From the NCBI GenBank assembly GCA_947460595.1, contig CANHGS010000003.1:114707-178706 (forward strand): DNA of 64,000 nt, given 5' to 3'. The stretch comes from Bacteroidota bacterium. GTDB taxonomy: Bacteria; Bacteroidota; Bacteroidia; Chitinophagales; Chitinophagaceae. Of the stretch, positions 51,537 to 62,351 are shown one piece after another. The notes beneath the pieces were generated by a model. It was given only the letters and a program-made list of their open reading frames with translations. It ran no database searches and had not been told where the DNA came from. Every line of letters starts with the position of its first letter. Positions within the stretch are counted from its first letter, which is position 1. The translations under genes and the position numbers were made by a program.

Positions 51537-51629
51537 GGAGATTTTTTTTAAATGTACTGTTTTTGAATTAGAACCAAGTTTACAAAATCATCATATTGGT
51601 TTACATTTAGAAAACCCATTTTTGCTTTT

Positions 51630-52892
51630 ATGAAAAAGGCTTTTAAGATTGTTTGTTTTTTAGGGCTACTGATTGCCATAACTTATTGGCCCAATAGTTT
51701 GTTTGCTCAAGCAAAAAAACGCAAAGTAGTTTTTGTTATTGCCGATGGCATTCCAGCAGACTTGTTAGAAAAAGCCAGCAAGCCCAATATAGACAAAATC
51801 ATTGCCCAAGGTTTTTACAAACGCGCATTTGTGGGTGGCATCAAAGGATCTTATAATCAGACCCCCACTGTTTCTGCGCCAGGTTACAATAATTTAATTA
51901 CCGGAACCTGGGCCAATAAACACCAAGTAATCAACAATGATATTAAAGATCCTAACTACAACTATTGGAGTATTTTTCGCTATTTTAAAAACCAATACCC
52001 AAATAAAAAGACGGCCGTTTTTTCTACCTGGCTAGACAATAGAACCAAATTAGTGGGCGATGGTTTGCCAGCAACTGGTGGTTTTAAGGTTGACCTTGCT
52101 TTTGACGGCTATGAATTAGACACGCTTAGGTTTCCGCATGACAAAGGTTCTATCTACACACATTTAATAGATGATTATGTAGTGGCCAAGGCAGATAGTT
52201 GCATTAGGGCAACTGCTCCAGATTTATCTTGGATTTATTTAGAACACACAGACGATATGGGTCATAGATATGGCGATAGCCCAAAAATGGAAGAAGCCAT
52301 TGGCTATCTAGATCAAGAGATGGGGAAGATTTGGGATGCCATTCAATACCGTGAGAAAAATTTTAAAGAAGAATGGCTGATCATCATAACTACGGATCAT
52401 GGGCGCGACGCCGCAACTGGCAAAAATCATGGTGGACAATCTGAACGAGAAAGAACCACCTGGATAGTATCCAATTTAAAAAATACCAATACTTATTTTC
52501 AAGCCAATCATCCAGCCATTGTAGACATTCTTCCCACCATTGCAGGTTTTCTAAAAATAGACCTGCCAAAAATCAATCAAGAAGAATTAGATGGTGTGAG
52601 CATCACGGGACCTGTTGCTATTTCTCACCCACGTGTGGAGCAACAGGGAGATAGTTTGATTTTATACTGGAAATCTTATACTAAGAAAGACAGGGTAGAA
52701 ATTTTACTGACCAGTACTAATGAATTTAAAAAAGGGAATGCAGATTCATACCAACCCATTGCCAGCATTGCAATTGGTCAAGAAAGACTGGCATTTAAAA
52801 TAGCGCCTTCTTTGAGATTTGCTAAAATCATCTTGAGAACAAAAAGAAATTCCGTGAATACCCAATGGAGCAGTACCATAACCTCGCAATAA
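51630..52892 (+). CDS. Alkaline phosphatase superfamily / type I phosphodiesterase
   Basis: VVFVIADG, PTVSAPGY..LITG, TDDMGHRYG, TTDHG. Confidence 0.85.
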   Translation: MKKAFKIVCFLGLLIAITYWPNSLFAQAKKRKVVFVIADGIPADLLEKASKPNIDKIIAQGFYKRAFVGGIKGSYNQTPTVSAPGYNNLITGTWANKHQVINNDIKDPNYNYWSIFRYFKNQYPNKKTAVFSTWLDNRTKLVGDGLPATGGFKVDLAFDGYELDTLRFPHDKGSIYTHLIDDYVVAKADSCIRATAPDLSWIYLEHTDDMGHRYGDSPKMEEAIGYLDQEMGKIWDAIQYREKNFKEEWLIIITTDHGRDAATGKNHGGQSERERTTWIVSNLKNTNTYFQANHPAIVDILPTIAGFLKIDLPKINQEELDGVSITGPVAISHPRVEQQGDSLILYWKSYTKKDRVEILLTSTNEFKKGNADSYQPIASIAIGQERLAFKIAPSLRFAKIILRTKRNSVNTQWSSTITSQ

Positions 52893-52957
52893 TAAAAGAA
52901 AGCAGCAATATCAGCGGAATACAGGTATTTCTTAAAACCTGAGAGCAAATCCAACTA

Positions 52958-53176
52958 CTAGACTATCTGTATGGTGATTGGCTGTTGCTGCTTACTAGAT
53001 GGAATGCCATTGATTTTTTTGAGATATGCTGAACTTGGTAAATAACCGTAGGCTTGTACAGGTTTTCCCAAAGGCATACTGGCAATACTAAAATTATGGT
53101 TCACAAAATCAATTAGAAACTGAAACAGGTTTCTATAAGCGCCTTGTTGTCCGTTGCTGTAGCTGTAGTTTGACAT
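52958..53176 (-). CDS. Hypothetical 72-aa protein
   Basis: Fills the gap between phosphatase and ROK genes; no motif. Confidence 0.35.
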   Translation of the reverse strand: MSNYSYSNGQQGAYRNLFQFLIDFVNHNFSIASMPLGKPVQAYGYLPSSAYLKKINGIPSSKQQQPITIQIV

Positions 53177-53425
53177 GATTTTAGGTTGCTTTTGCGCTAT
53201 TTAAGTACTGTTTTTTGCTCGCTTTAAACAATACAAAGCAAATGCAACGCGCTTCCCTAGACAATCAAGCAAACTTGATATCTACTGTAGTACCCTTTGA
53301 CAATATGTAGTATGGTTCCTACAATACAGCCTTTCTTTAGGCCATTTAAATAGCTGGACTTTGGCTAACTAATTAATATTTATATGGCCTCAATGCCTTA
53401 ATTTGGAAAATAAATTGAAGAGTCC

Positions 53426-54640
53426 ATGAGCTTTTTAAAAAATATCAATGAAGTTTCCTTGGCTGGTGTCGCTTTTAAGAACATGACGCTGAAAAAAAGC
53501 ATCATCCGCTACTTAGATGCCCATGAAACTGCTACAATTGCCGATTTGGGTCAGACTTTAAATATAAGTACCCCAAAAATTACTTCTACTGTCAACGAAC
53601 TGATAGAGGAAGGCCTCATGAAAGAGATTGGAAAAATTGATAGCACTGGTGGCAGAAGGGCCAATATGTTTGGCCTGGGGGCCGATTCCGGCTTTTTTAT
53701 GGGAGTAGAAGTTACCAAGAACCATGTGACCATTGGACTCATGAACTTTACCAAGCAATTGGTAAAAGTAAAGGAGAATATTCCCTTCTTATTGCAAAAC
53801 AACCAGGCTTCTCTTGACAACCTTATTGAAATTATCAAGGACTTTATCAAACAAACTGGTGTATCTATGCCCAAGATTTTAAGAATTGGGATTAACCTAA
53901 CCGGCAGAATTGACCATAGCACCGGATATAACTATAACTTTTTTCATTTTTCAAAATATCCACTTGGTAAAATCATTGAAAATGAAACAGGAATCCCTAC
54001 TTATATAGATAATGACTCAAGAGCCATGGCATTTGGTGAATATTGTTGCGGGGTGGTTGAAAAAGAAAAAGATATTCTCTTTATTAATATTGATCATGGG
54101 GTAGGATTGGGTATTATCATTAATGGAGAAATCTATTATGGTAAATCTGGTTTCTCAGGAGAGTTTGGTCATATTCCCTTTTTTGACAACGAAATCATTT
54201 GCCATTGCGGCAAGAAAGGTTGTCTAGAAACAGAAGCCTCGGGCGAAGCTTTGGTTAGTCTTTTGCAAGAAAAATTGACTGCTGGTTTTGGAAGTATTCT
54301 GCTGAATAATAAAAAAGACCTTAAGCAAATTAGTCTAGAAGAAATTGTGCAAGCTTGTAACCAAGACGATATGTTGGCCATTGAATGCATGGCTGTGATT
54401 GGAGAGAAATTGGGTAAAGCCATGGCATCGCTCATTAATATTTTCAATCCTGAATTGGTTATCCTAGGAGGTCTATTATCTACCACTAATGATTATTTGC
54501 GATTGCCTATTAAAAGTTCTTTGAACAAATACAGTTCAAGTTTAGTGAACAATGATACCCCATTGAAAACTTCAAAACTAGCATTGTCTGCCGGCATCAT
54601 GGGTGCTTGCCTATTAGTTAGAAACAGTATACTACAATAA
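53426..54640 (+). CDS. ROK family transcriptional regulator (XylR/NagC-like)
   Basis: N-terminal HTH, STGGRR, IDNDSRAMAFGE, GEFGH, CHCGKKGCLE. Confidence 0.9.
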   Translation: MSFLKNINEVSLAGVAFKNMTLKKSIIRYLDAHETATIADLGQTLNISTPKITSTVNELIEEGLMKEIGKIDSTGGRRANMFGLGADSGFFMGVEVTKNHVTIGLMNFTKQLVKVKENIPFLLQNNQASLDNLIEIIKDFIKQTGVSMPKILRIGINLTGRIDHSTGYNYNFFHFSKYPLGKIIENETGIPTYIDNDSRAMAFGEYCCGVVEKEKDILFINIDHGVGLGIIINGEIYYGKSGFSGEFGHIPFFDNEIICHCGKKGCLETEASGEALVSLLQEKLTAGFGSILLNNKKDLKQISLEEIVQACNQDDMLAIECMAVIGEKLGKAMASLINIFNPELVILGGLLSTTNDYLRLPIKSSLNKYSSSLVNNDTPLKTSKLALSAGIMGACLLVRNSILQ

Positions 54641-54686
54641 TCAATCACCAAGGTAACTGGATAGTAGGAACAAAGCCCTAGACGCT

Positions 54687-54722
54687 AAAAAAAAGAGTAG
54701 TAGGGATCCCGCCCCACTACTC
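54687..54722 (-). terminator. Intrinsic terminator of the T9SS-protein gene
   Basis: Minus strand GAGTAGTGGGG-loop-CCCTACTACTC (one G-U pair) followed by a run of T. Confidence 0.75.
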
Positions 54723-54743
54723 AACCCTTAACCAAAAACATTT

Positions 54744-57248
54744 TTATTGCTGCACAAGCATTTTCTTAGGTAGGAATTTTACCCCTTCCCCTTCAATACT
54801 TAGGATATATGCAGTGGTATTAATAGTCTGACTGATTTCAATGGGAACCGTATTGTCTCCTTTAACTGTTTGTACCTGTTTGCTATACATGGGTCTACCC
54901 GTTACTGCGTCAAACATTTTAATGGTCACAGTCATATCTTTATCTGTTTTGAAACTGGCATGGAATCTGCCCTTTGAAGGGTTTGGATACAATTGCACAT
55001 CTTTGGTTTCAATGGTAGCTGCTGCAACTACTGCTTCATCTTTACTAAAAACCACTTTACTTATATCAACAGTAATATTGGTAGACTTTCCCGTACCCAC
55101 TTCAAAAGCAAATACGGCAGTAGTTAGGTCATTTGCATAGAATATGGATGGATTGACACTAGATGTAAAATCTTCTAGTTTAATACTGTATTCTTTACCC
55201 GCTTCAGTCATGGGTAAGTAATAGCTATATTGCTCATTCCAATTGCTAACGCTACTCTTTACCAAAGTGATGCGCAGGTTTGCGCCACTAGCAGCGGCTT
55301 TAAAATTCAAAGTTTTATAGCCAGTCACATTAAGTTCTGCGCCACCGCCTTTTAGCAATTTGTATACAGAAACAAAATCGCTGGTGGTAGCACGCATCTG
55401 TACATTTCTAAACAGAGGAATTTCGGTTGCTTTTACCGAAGCGGCAGTAGCATCATTGCTTACTGTGAACTGTTTGAGCACAGTGCTAGATTTGTTATAG
55501 TCTACATTCCAGCCACCATCTGCCATAAATACCAGGTCTTGTAATTGGTTATTTAGATAAAGACTTAAAGTGGCTTCATAGGCATCACTAACTGGAATGG
55601 TTAAAGCTGATGTTCCATTTGAACTTAGTGTTACAGGTACATTTCTTTTGGTAATAACCGTGCTATTCTCATTGGCTTTCTCTTCTATCTGCACATACCC
55701 TGTTCCTGCTCCATTGTTATTCTTTAATACCAGTTGTAAATTGGCTCCTTCTCTTTTACCAGAAACAATATAGGTTTTAGGCAAGGCCTCCGTAACTTTT
55801 GAGGTATTTACCGGCATAATAGCTTTTAACCTAGAAAGAATTTCTAAAGTCATGTCTATGCAGTAATAAGGAGCTGCTCCCCAAATTTGGTAATTATACA
55901 AGGTATCTTCTGCCTGGTAATTTTGGCTTAACCACTGAGATTGGAAAGAGAAACTATCTCTTCCTTTTTTCTTACCAATGGTAAAACTAATAGCGTATTC
56001 AATATTACCCTTTGGTTGTTTGAGGGTATAGCGTACAAAGTTCAAGTTATTAATTTGGAAATTTTCCATACCCATTAATGCTGCTCCTTTTAAGCGGTCA
56101 CAAACGGGTTTGCTGTGATCATACATGACAGCAATAGTCTTAGTAGCAAATGCAACGGCCCTACATTCTTTATTAAGGGTAAAGTCTACGGAACGCACTT
56201 CTACTGCATTGGTAATACTAGTAATATCAGATGCCGTACTCACAAAAGCGGTATAACCACTATCCAACATCTTTGTAGGCATAATATCTCCCAATGAAAG
56301 ACTACTATTGGCACTTACTCCATTTGCAGTGTATCTTATATTAGTTTGCTGTACCTTGGGCAATTTGTCATAGTTCAATGGACCTTGTGTACTGGTTATA
56401 GCTTGGTTAAAGATTCTTTTGGCAACCGCATCGCCCAAGCTCTTGCTTTCTAATCCTCCTGTATTACCAGAAAAAGAAATGGAGCCGTCTTTGGTAAGAA
56501 TAGGAATACTATCTAAATTCTTGATAGCAGTAGGATTACTAATGGTAGTAAAAAACAACAAGTCATTAAAGTCTTCATCACTATTATAGCCATCTCTTCT
56601 AATATCTTCTACACCAATCAAAATACGATTACTGCTGGTATCATTTAACATAACGGTATGCCTGCGCAAACTGGCGTCCGCTTCAGGATTGAAACGGCTG
56701 TCAGAATAAATGCGCCATTTACCTTCTGTGATGGTACTGCTATGTTCATCCCAACCATGGGCCAACAAAACAAAACCAATACTGGTATTTGCCGGAAAAT
56801 TCCCTAGGTATACTTTATCGCCTACATTCAATTCTCCTCCATATCCAGCTTTACTGGCATTGGGGAAAATAATGAGTACTTGAGAAGGTATTGGCGCAAT
56901 ACCCAGAGGTGAATTGGTTGGAAAGGTATAATACCCTAGAATATTTCTGTATTCGGCTCCTTCATCTACAAAGCTGATCCAAACATCTGATGTGGCAGTT
57001 AATGCAATGGTTTCAGGTCTTCCTGCTGCTATTAACCTAGGATTGTAAATGGGAATAGGACGGCGTTCAGGCAATGTAGCTGCAATATCAGTTCTACAGG
57101 CAACACTAACAAGATCAGGTTTGTTTAGTAGATAGGTAGGGGTGCCAAAGTTGTTAAATGTTCCTATGGCTTGGTACTGGGCTGAGGCCGAGCTTGCACA
57201 CAAGGACATAGAAATAACGGCAGCCATGCTGATTAAAAGATTTTTCAT
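54744..57248 (-). CDS. DUF4114/LruC-like secreted protein with T9SS C-terminal sorting domain
   Basis: Signal peptide; FVDEGAEYRNILGYY, GVEDIRRD...DEDFNDLLF; C-terminal LYPNPSKG...YILSI...KKMLVQ. Confidence 0.72.
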   Translation of the reverse strand: MKNLLISMAAVISMSLCASSASAQYQAIGTFNNFGTPTYLLNKPDLVSVACRTDIAATLPERRPIPIYNPRLIAAGRPETIALTATSDVWISFVDEGAEYRNILGYYTFPTNSPLGIAPIPSQVLIIFPNASKAGYGGELNVGDKVYLGNFPANTSIGFVLLAHGWDEHSSTITEGKWRIYSDSRFNPEADASLRRHTVMLNDTSSNRILIGVEDIRRDGYNSDEDFNDLLFFTTISNPTAIKNLDSIPILTKDGSISFSGNTGGLESKSLGDAVAKRIFNQAITSTQGPLNYDKLPKVQQTNIRYTANGVSANSSLSLGDIMPTKMLDSGYTAFVSTASDITSITNAVEVRSVDFTLNKECRAVAFATKTIAVMYDHSKPVCDRLKGAALMGMENFQINNLNFVRYTLKQPKGNIEYAISFTIGKKKGRDSFSFQSQWLSQNYQAEDTLYNYQIWGAAPYYCIDMTLEILSRLKAIMPVNTSKVTEALPKTYIVSGKREGANLQLVLKNNNGAGTGYVQIEEKANENSTVITKRNVPVTLSSNGTSALTIPVSDAYEATLSLYLNNQLQDLVFMADGGWNVDYNKSSTVLKQFTVSNDATAASVKATEIPLFRNVQMRATTSDFVSVYKLLKGGGAELNVTGYKTLNFKAAASGANLRITLVKSSVSNWNEQYSYYLPMTEAGKEYSIKLEDFTSSVNPSIFYANDLTTAVFAFEVGTGKSTNITVDISKVVFSKDEAVVAAATIETKDVQLYPNPSKGRFHASFKTDKDMTVTIKMFDAVTGRPMYSKQVQTVKGDNTVPIEISQTINTTAYILSIEGEGVKFLPKKMLVQQ

Positions 57249-57620
57249 GTAAAACGGTTAAGGGTGTAATTGCCAGTTCCATGAACAATGCTTTTAAATC
57301 TTTTACAAAGCTCCGGATGGGATTAGGCCGGGGTTGCAAGTGCAGCTACAGAATTTCTATAGGGGATATCCTACACAGGATTTAAAAGTTTTTCTTGTTT
57401 GGTGACTATTAATTTATTGATAGATCAAAACTATACCCTTAACAACTTATAGAAAATACCAGTGTGTTTGTATTTATGAAAATTGGGTAAGAAATTTAGA
57501 ATTCAAAATGAAAATAATGGTCAGATTATCATTCAAGATCAATAGTTCATATAGATATTTTCACTACGTACCAAGTTCTTTGTATATTTAATAAGCCCTA
57601 AACTGCAGTACTGCTCTACC

Positions 57621-58262
57621 ATGGAAACTGAAGAAAAAACAATTATCAAAATAATGCTTGCAGACGATCATCCTTTATTCATTGAAGGACTCACGCTCAT
57701 GCTCAAAAGGGAAACAGATTTTGATTTGTGTGGTATTGCTAACAACGGCAGAGAAGTATTAGATATGCTACCCGTTTACAAACCAGATTTAATCTTGTTA
57801 GATATTAATATGCCCAAGATGAATGGGCTTGAAACCATTAAGTATATTAAGCAATCTTATCCCAATATTAAGATTTTGATGCTCTCTGGATATTTTGATG
57901 ATGCAATTATCAAAGAAGCAAAATCCAAAGGTGCCAATGGTTATTTATTAAAGAGCAGTCAGAAAGAAGAATTGATACAAACCATTCGTATGGTTTATTC
58001 AGGAGCAAATTTTTCTACCCCAAGTCATGGAGATGCTGAAACAAGTGATTTCAATGATGCTTTTATTCAGCAATTTAATTTGACCAAACGCGAGCGCGAG
58101 ATTATTCAATATATTAAACAGGGCCTTACCAATCAGGAAATGGCGCAAACACTGCATTTGAGCGTATATACGGTTGAAACACATAGAAAAAATATCATGC
58201 AGAAATTGAAGTTAAATTCACCAGGCACATTGATGAAATTTATTATAGAGAATCAGATTTAA
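57621..58262 (+). CDS. NarL/LuxR-family response regulator
   Basis: ADDH, LLDINMP, GYLLK; LTKREREI...TVETHRKNIMQKL. Confidence 0.92.
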   Translation: METEEKTIIKIMLADDHPLFIEGLTLMLKRETDFDLCGIANNGREVLDMLPVYKPDLILLDINMPKMNGLETIKYIKQSYPNIKILMLSGYFDDAIIKEAKSKGANGYLLKSSQKEELIQTIRMVYSGANFSTPSHGDAETSDFNDAFIQQFNLTKREREIIQYIKQGLTNQEMAQTLHLSVYTVETHRKNIMQKLKLNSPGTLMKFIIENQI

Positions 58263-58369
58263 GTTTTACGCTTATTCTGCTTTTACAACTACTCATGTAG
58301 AATATCGGTTTTGTTCTCTGATTTGTCTTTTAACAATTCCCGGCGTTTCAAGTTGGTCTTTCAAAAATA

Positions 58370-58403
58370 TAGCCTGCTGAACAGCTATTGGTTCAGCAGG
58401 CTA
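58370..58403 (-). terminator. Terminator of the ilv operon
   Basis: Perfect 13-bp stem TAGCCTGCTGAAC / GTTCAGCAGGCTA with T-rich tail on minus strand. Confidence 0.75.
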
Positions 58404-58409
58404 GGTACT

Positions 58410-59894
58410 TTATGATACAGTGCTAATGGTCTTCATGTCGGTCATGGCCCTGCGCAATTCAGCACCCACCAATTCTACTTGGTGATAACGAATTACTTCA
58501 TTTACCGCAATCAAGATTTTATTGTCAACACCTGCATCAATGCCGTTGTTGAAATTTTTACCAATAATATCGGTGTCTACTTTTTTCATAAAGTCAGCCA
58601 ACAGTGGTTTGCAAGCGTGGTCAAACAAGTAGCAACCATATTCAGCTGTATCAGAAATTACGCGGTTCATTTCAAAGAGTTTCTTGCGCGCAATAGTGTT
58701 AGCAATCAACGGCGTTTCATGCAAAGACTCATAGTAGGCTGATTCAGCTTTAATACCAGACTCTACCATGGTTTCAAAAGCTAGTTCTACACCTGCGCGT
58801 ACAAACGCAACCAATAACAAACCATTGTCAAAAAATTCTTGCTCAGCAATTTTCACATCGCCGGCAGGTGTTTTTTCAAAAGCAGTTTCACCAGTGGCGG
58901 CTCTCCAAGTAAGTAGGTTCTTATCATTATTAGCCCAGTCTTCCATCATGGTCTTAGAGAATTCTCCGCTCATGATATCGTCTTGGTGTTTTTGGAATAA
59001 GGTGCGCATGATGTCTTTGAGCTCTTCAGATAATTCATAGGCTTTGATCTTGGCAGGATTTGACAAACGACCCATCATAGCCGTAATTCCACCTTGCTTT
59101 AGCGCTTCGGTTACCACTTCCCATCCGTATTGGATTAATTTAGAAGCATATCCTTTGTCAATACCTTTCTCTATCATTTTGTCAAAGCATAGAATAGAAC
59201 CAGTTTGTAACAAACCACAAAGAATGGTTTGTTCACCCATTAAATCTGATTTTACTTCTGCTACAAAGGAAGATTTTAATACACCCGCTCTGTGACCACC
59301 CGTACCAACACAGTAAGCTTTGGCTTGTTCCCAACCCTTTCCTTCTGGATCATTCTCAGGGTGTACCGCAATTAAAGTAGGTACCCCAAACCCACGCTGG
59401 TATTCGGCACGCACTTCAGAACCTGGGCATTTAGGCGCTACCATAATAACCGTAATGTCTTTTCTAATCTGCATGCCTTCTTCCACAATATTGAAACCAT
59501 GGGAATAAGAAAGGGTTGCTCCGTGTTTCATCAAAGGCATCACTGCATGAATCACAGAAGTATGTTGTTTGTCTGGTGTTAAATTAATCACCAAATCAGC
59601 TGTTGGAATCAGTTCTTCATAAGTTCCTACGGTAAAATTGTTTTCGGTAGCTGATTTCCAAGACTGACGTTTAGCTTCAATGGCTTCTTTGCGCAATGTA
59701 TAAGACACGTCTAATCCAGAGTCGCGCAAATTCAAGCCTTGGTTAAAGCCTTGTGCACCACATCCTACAATCACAATTTTCTTACCTTTTAATTTTTCTA
59801 CCCCATCAGAGAATTCACTTTTATCCATGAATTCACAAACGCCTAACTGATTCAGTTTCTCTCTAAGTGATAGCGTGTTAAAATAATTTCCCAT
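58410..59894 (-). CDS. ilvC: Ketol-acid reductoisomerase (long form)
   Basis: MGNYFNTL start at 59894; [30 protein letters not shown]. Confidence 0.96.
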   Translation of the reverse strand: MGNYFNTLSLREKLNQLGVCEFMDKSEFSDGVEKLKGKKIVIVGCGAQGFNQGLNLRDSGLDVSYTLRKEAIEAKRQSWKSATENNFTVGTYEELIPTADLVINLTPDKQHTSVIHAVMPLMKHGATLSYSHGFNIVEEGMQIRKDITVIMVAPKCPGSEVRAEYQRGFGVPTLIAVHPENDPEGKGWEQAKAYCVGTGGHRAGVLKSSFVAEVKSDLMGEQTILCGLLQTGSILCFDKMIEKGIDKGYASKLIQYGWEVVTEALKQGGITAMMGRLSNPAKIKAYELSEELKDIMRTLFQKHQDDIMSGEFSKTMMEDWANNDKNLLTWRAATGETAFEKTPAGDVKIAEQEFFDNGLLLVAFVRAGVELAFETMVESGIKAESAYYESLHETPLIANTIARKKLFEMNRVISDTAEYGCYLFDHACKPLLADFMKKVDTDIIGKNFNNGIDAGVDNKILIAVNEVIRYHQVELVGAELRRAMTDMKTISTVS

Positions 59895-59963
59895 TTTCTT
59901 TTTTTTGCTTGTTTCTAAGAATGTTTTGTTTATTAAATCAGATAAATAATTAAAGTTTTCCAT

Positions 59964-60560
59964 TTACATGGTGAATACTTCATTTTGTTTATCTAGGAAC
60001 TCATTTTCAACTTGATCTTCACCTGGTTCTGTCTCTTCAAACTCTTTTAATTTTTCATGAAAGCCATGACTTGCTTTAATAATAGCTACTCTTGCACTTC
60101 TTACAAATTCAATTAATCCATAAGGGGCCAATACTTCTACCAATTTATCGGTTTCTTCACGGTGACCACTGGTTTCAAAAATGGTATAGTCTTTTCTGAT
60201 CACTACCGCACGAGCCCCATTTTCTCGTAATAATCTTTCTACTTTTACTTTTTCAGCAATCTCATCAGTTGATACTTTATATAAAGCCAATTCCTGCCAA
60301 ACAATCTCGTCATTTGTATTATAGTAAGCTTTCAATACTTCTACCTGCTTTTCAATCTGTCTAGCCAATTTGCGCACTACTTCTTCAAATTCATTGATCA
60401 CAATGGTAAAGCGGTGAATGCCTTCTGCTTCTGAAGGCGATGTATTCAAACTTTCAATATTGATCTTTCTTCTGCTGAACATGGTGGCAATTCTTACCAA
60501 GAGTCCTATATGGTTCTCTGTGTAAACCGTTATGGTAAATTCCTGTTTTTGCATATCCAA
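59964..60560 (-). CDS. ilvN: Acetolactate synthase small subunit
   Basis: ACT domain ENHIGLLVRIATMFSRRKINIESL; QELALYKV. Confidence 0.92.
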   Translation of the reverse strand: MDMQKQEFTITVYTENHIGLLVRIATMFSRRKINIESLNTSPSEAEGIHRFTIVINEFEEVVRKLARQIEKQVEVLKAYYNTNDEIVWQELALYKVSTDEIAEKVKVERLLRENGARAVVIRKDYTIFETSGHREETDKLVEVLAPYGLIEFVRSARVAIIKASHGFHEKLKEFEETEPGEDQVENEFLDKQNEVFTM

Positions 60561-60586
60561 CCCCGCAGGGTATTTATTAAATGATA

Positions 60587-62323
60587 TTATTTTAATCTGA
60601 TTTCACTTACGCTACAACCCTGAGGTACCATGGGAAACACATTGTTTTCCTTACCTACCATCACTTCCAGTAAATAGGATCCATTGTGGTTCAACATGGT
60701 TGTAAGCGCCCCACGCAAATATTCCCGTTGACTTACTTTTTGTCCTTCTATTTTGTACGCTTTTGCTACTGCAACGTAATCAGGACTGGCAATGTCTACA
60801 AATGAATAACGCTTGTCGTGAAACAACTGCTGCCATTGACGAACCATTCCAAGGAATTCATTATTCAAAATCAAGACCTTAATATTCACTTCACTCTGCA
60901 TAACCGTTCCTAATTCCTGAATGGTCATCTGAATACCCCCATCGCCAATAATGGCAACTACGGTTCTTTCAGGAGCTCCAAATTTTGCACCAATAGCTGC
61001 AGGAAGCGCAAAGCCCATTGTTCCTAATCCTCCTGATGTTACATTGCTTTTACTCTCATTGAATTTAGCATACCTACACGCTACCATTTGGTGTTGACCA
61101 ACATCGGTTACTATTACTGCATTACCGCCTGTTAATTCATTCAAATTCCGAATCACTTCTCCCATTGTTAAAATATCGGTTGATGGATTCAGCTCTTCAT
61201 GAATTACTTCTTTCTCTTCTTCTAATTGGTATTCCTTGAATCTATTCACCCACTGAGGATATACTTTTGATTCAACTAATTTGGTAAGCATCGGTAAAGT
61301 TTCTTTACAATCGCCCCATACACCAACTGTTGCTTTCACATTCTTATCAATCTCTGACGGGTCAATATCTAAATGGATTATTTTTGCTTGTTTGGCATAT
61401 TTATCCAATCGGCCAGTTACCCTATCATCAAACCTCATTCCTACAGCAATCAATACATCGCAATCATTGGTTAATACATTTGGACCATAATTGCCATGCA
61501 TTCCAAGCATACCCACATTCAAAGGATGATCTGTAGCAAGTGCACTCAATCCTAAAATAGTCCATGCAGCAGGAATGCCACTCTTCTCTACAAAGGCTTT
61601 GAATTCTTTTTCAGCTTTACCCAAGATCACACCTTGGCCAAAAATGATAAATGGCTTTTCTGCCTTATTAATCAATTCAGCTGCAGCAGCAATATATTCT
61701 TTACGGATGATTGGTTTTGGACGATAGCTCCTAATATGTGAACAGGGCTGATACCCTTCATAATCGAATTGTTGCAGTTGTGCATTTTTTGTGATATCTA
61801 TCAATACCGGTCCTGGTCTACCGCTTTTGGCAATATAAAATGCTTTTGCCAATACAGCAGGTATTTCAGTAGCGTCTGTTACTTGATAATTCCATTTAGT
61901 TACCGGTGTAGTTATATTAATTACGTCAATTTCTTGAAACGCATCGGTACCCAATAAATGGGCATATACTTGTCCGGTAATACATACCAATGGGGTACTA
62001 TCAATCATGGCATCTGCTAATCCTGTTACAAGGTTGGTTGCACCAGGACCGCTTGTTGCAAAAACTACACCACATTTTCCGGATGTACGTGCATAACCCT
62101 GACCGGCATGAATGCCGCCCTGTTCGTGTCTGACCAAGATATGTTTCAATTTGTTATGATAATCATACAACGCATCATAAATGGGCATGATGGCGCCACC
62201 AGGATAACCAAAAATGGTATCTACTCCTTCTGCAACAAAAGCCTCCAACACGGCTTGGGAACCGCTAAGGGTATGCGTTTTTTTGGTAGCCATTGCTGCT
62301 TGTTCTACTACTAAAGTTTCCAT
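60587..62323 (-). CDS. ilvB: Acetolactate synthase large subunit
   Basis: FGYPGGAIMP, RHEQGG, TSGPGATN, DVGQHQM, GGLGTMG, GDGG, GMVRQWQ. Confidence 0.96.
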   Translation of the reverse strand: METLVVEQAAMATKKTHTLSGSQAVLEAFVAEGVDTIFGYPGGAIMPIYDALYDYHNKLKHILVRHEQGGIHAGQGYARTSGKCGVVFATSGPGATNLVTGLADAMIDSTPLVCITGQVYAHLLGTDAFQEIDVINITTPVTKWNYQVTDATEIPAVLAKAFYIAKSGRPGPVLIDITKNAQLQQFDYEGYQPCSHIRSYRPKPIIRKEYIAAAAELINKAEKPFIIFGQGVILGKAEKEFKAFVEKSGIPAAWTILGLSALATDHPLNVGMLGMHGNYGPNVLTNDCDVLIAVGMRFDDRVTGRLDKYAKQAKIIHLDIDPSEIDKNVKATVGVWGDCKETLPMLTKLVESKVYPQWVNRFKEYQLEEEKEVIHEELNPSTDILTMGEVIRNLNELTGGNAVIVTDVGQHQMVACRYAKFNESKSNVTSGGLGTMGFALPAAIGAKFGAPERTVVAIIGDGGIQMTIQELGTVMQSEVNIKVLILNNEFLGMVRQWQQLFHDKRYSFVDIASPDYVAVAKAYKIEGQKVSQREYLRGALTTMLNHNGSYLLEVMVGKENNVFPMVPQGCSVSEIRLK

Positions 62324-62351
62324 CAGTTTCTATTAATTGGATTAGACTATT

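Noticed and set aside
59895-59963. 23-codon N-terminal extension of IlvC abutting the ilvN stop
   Set aside because: Low-complexity, poly-Lys from an A-run; recognisable IlvC begins at MGNYFNTL (59894)
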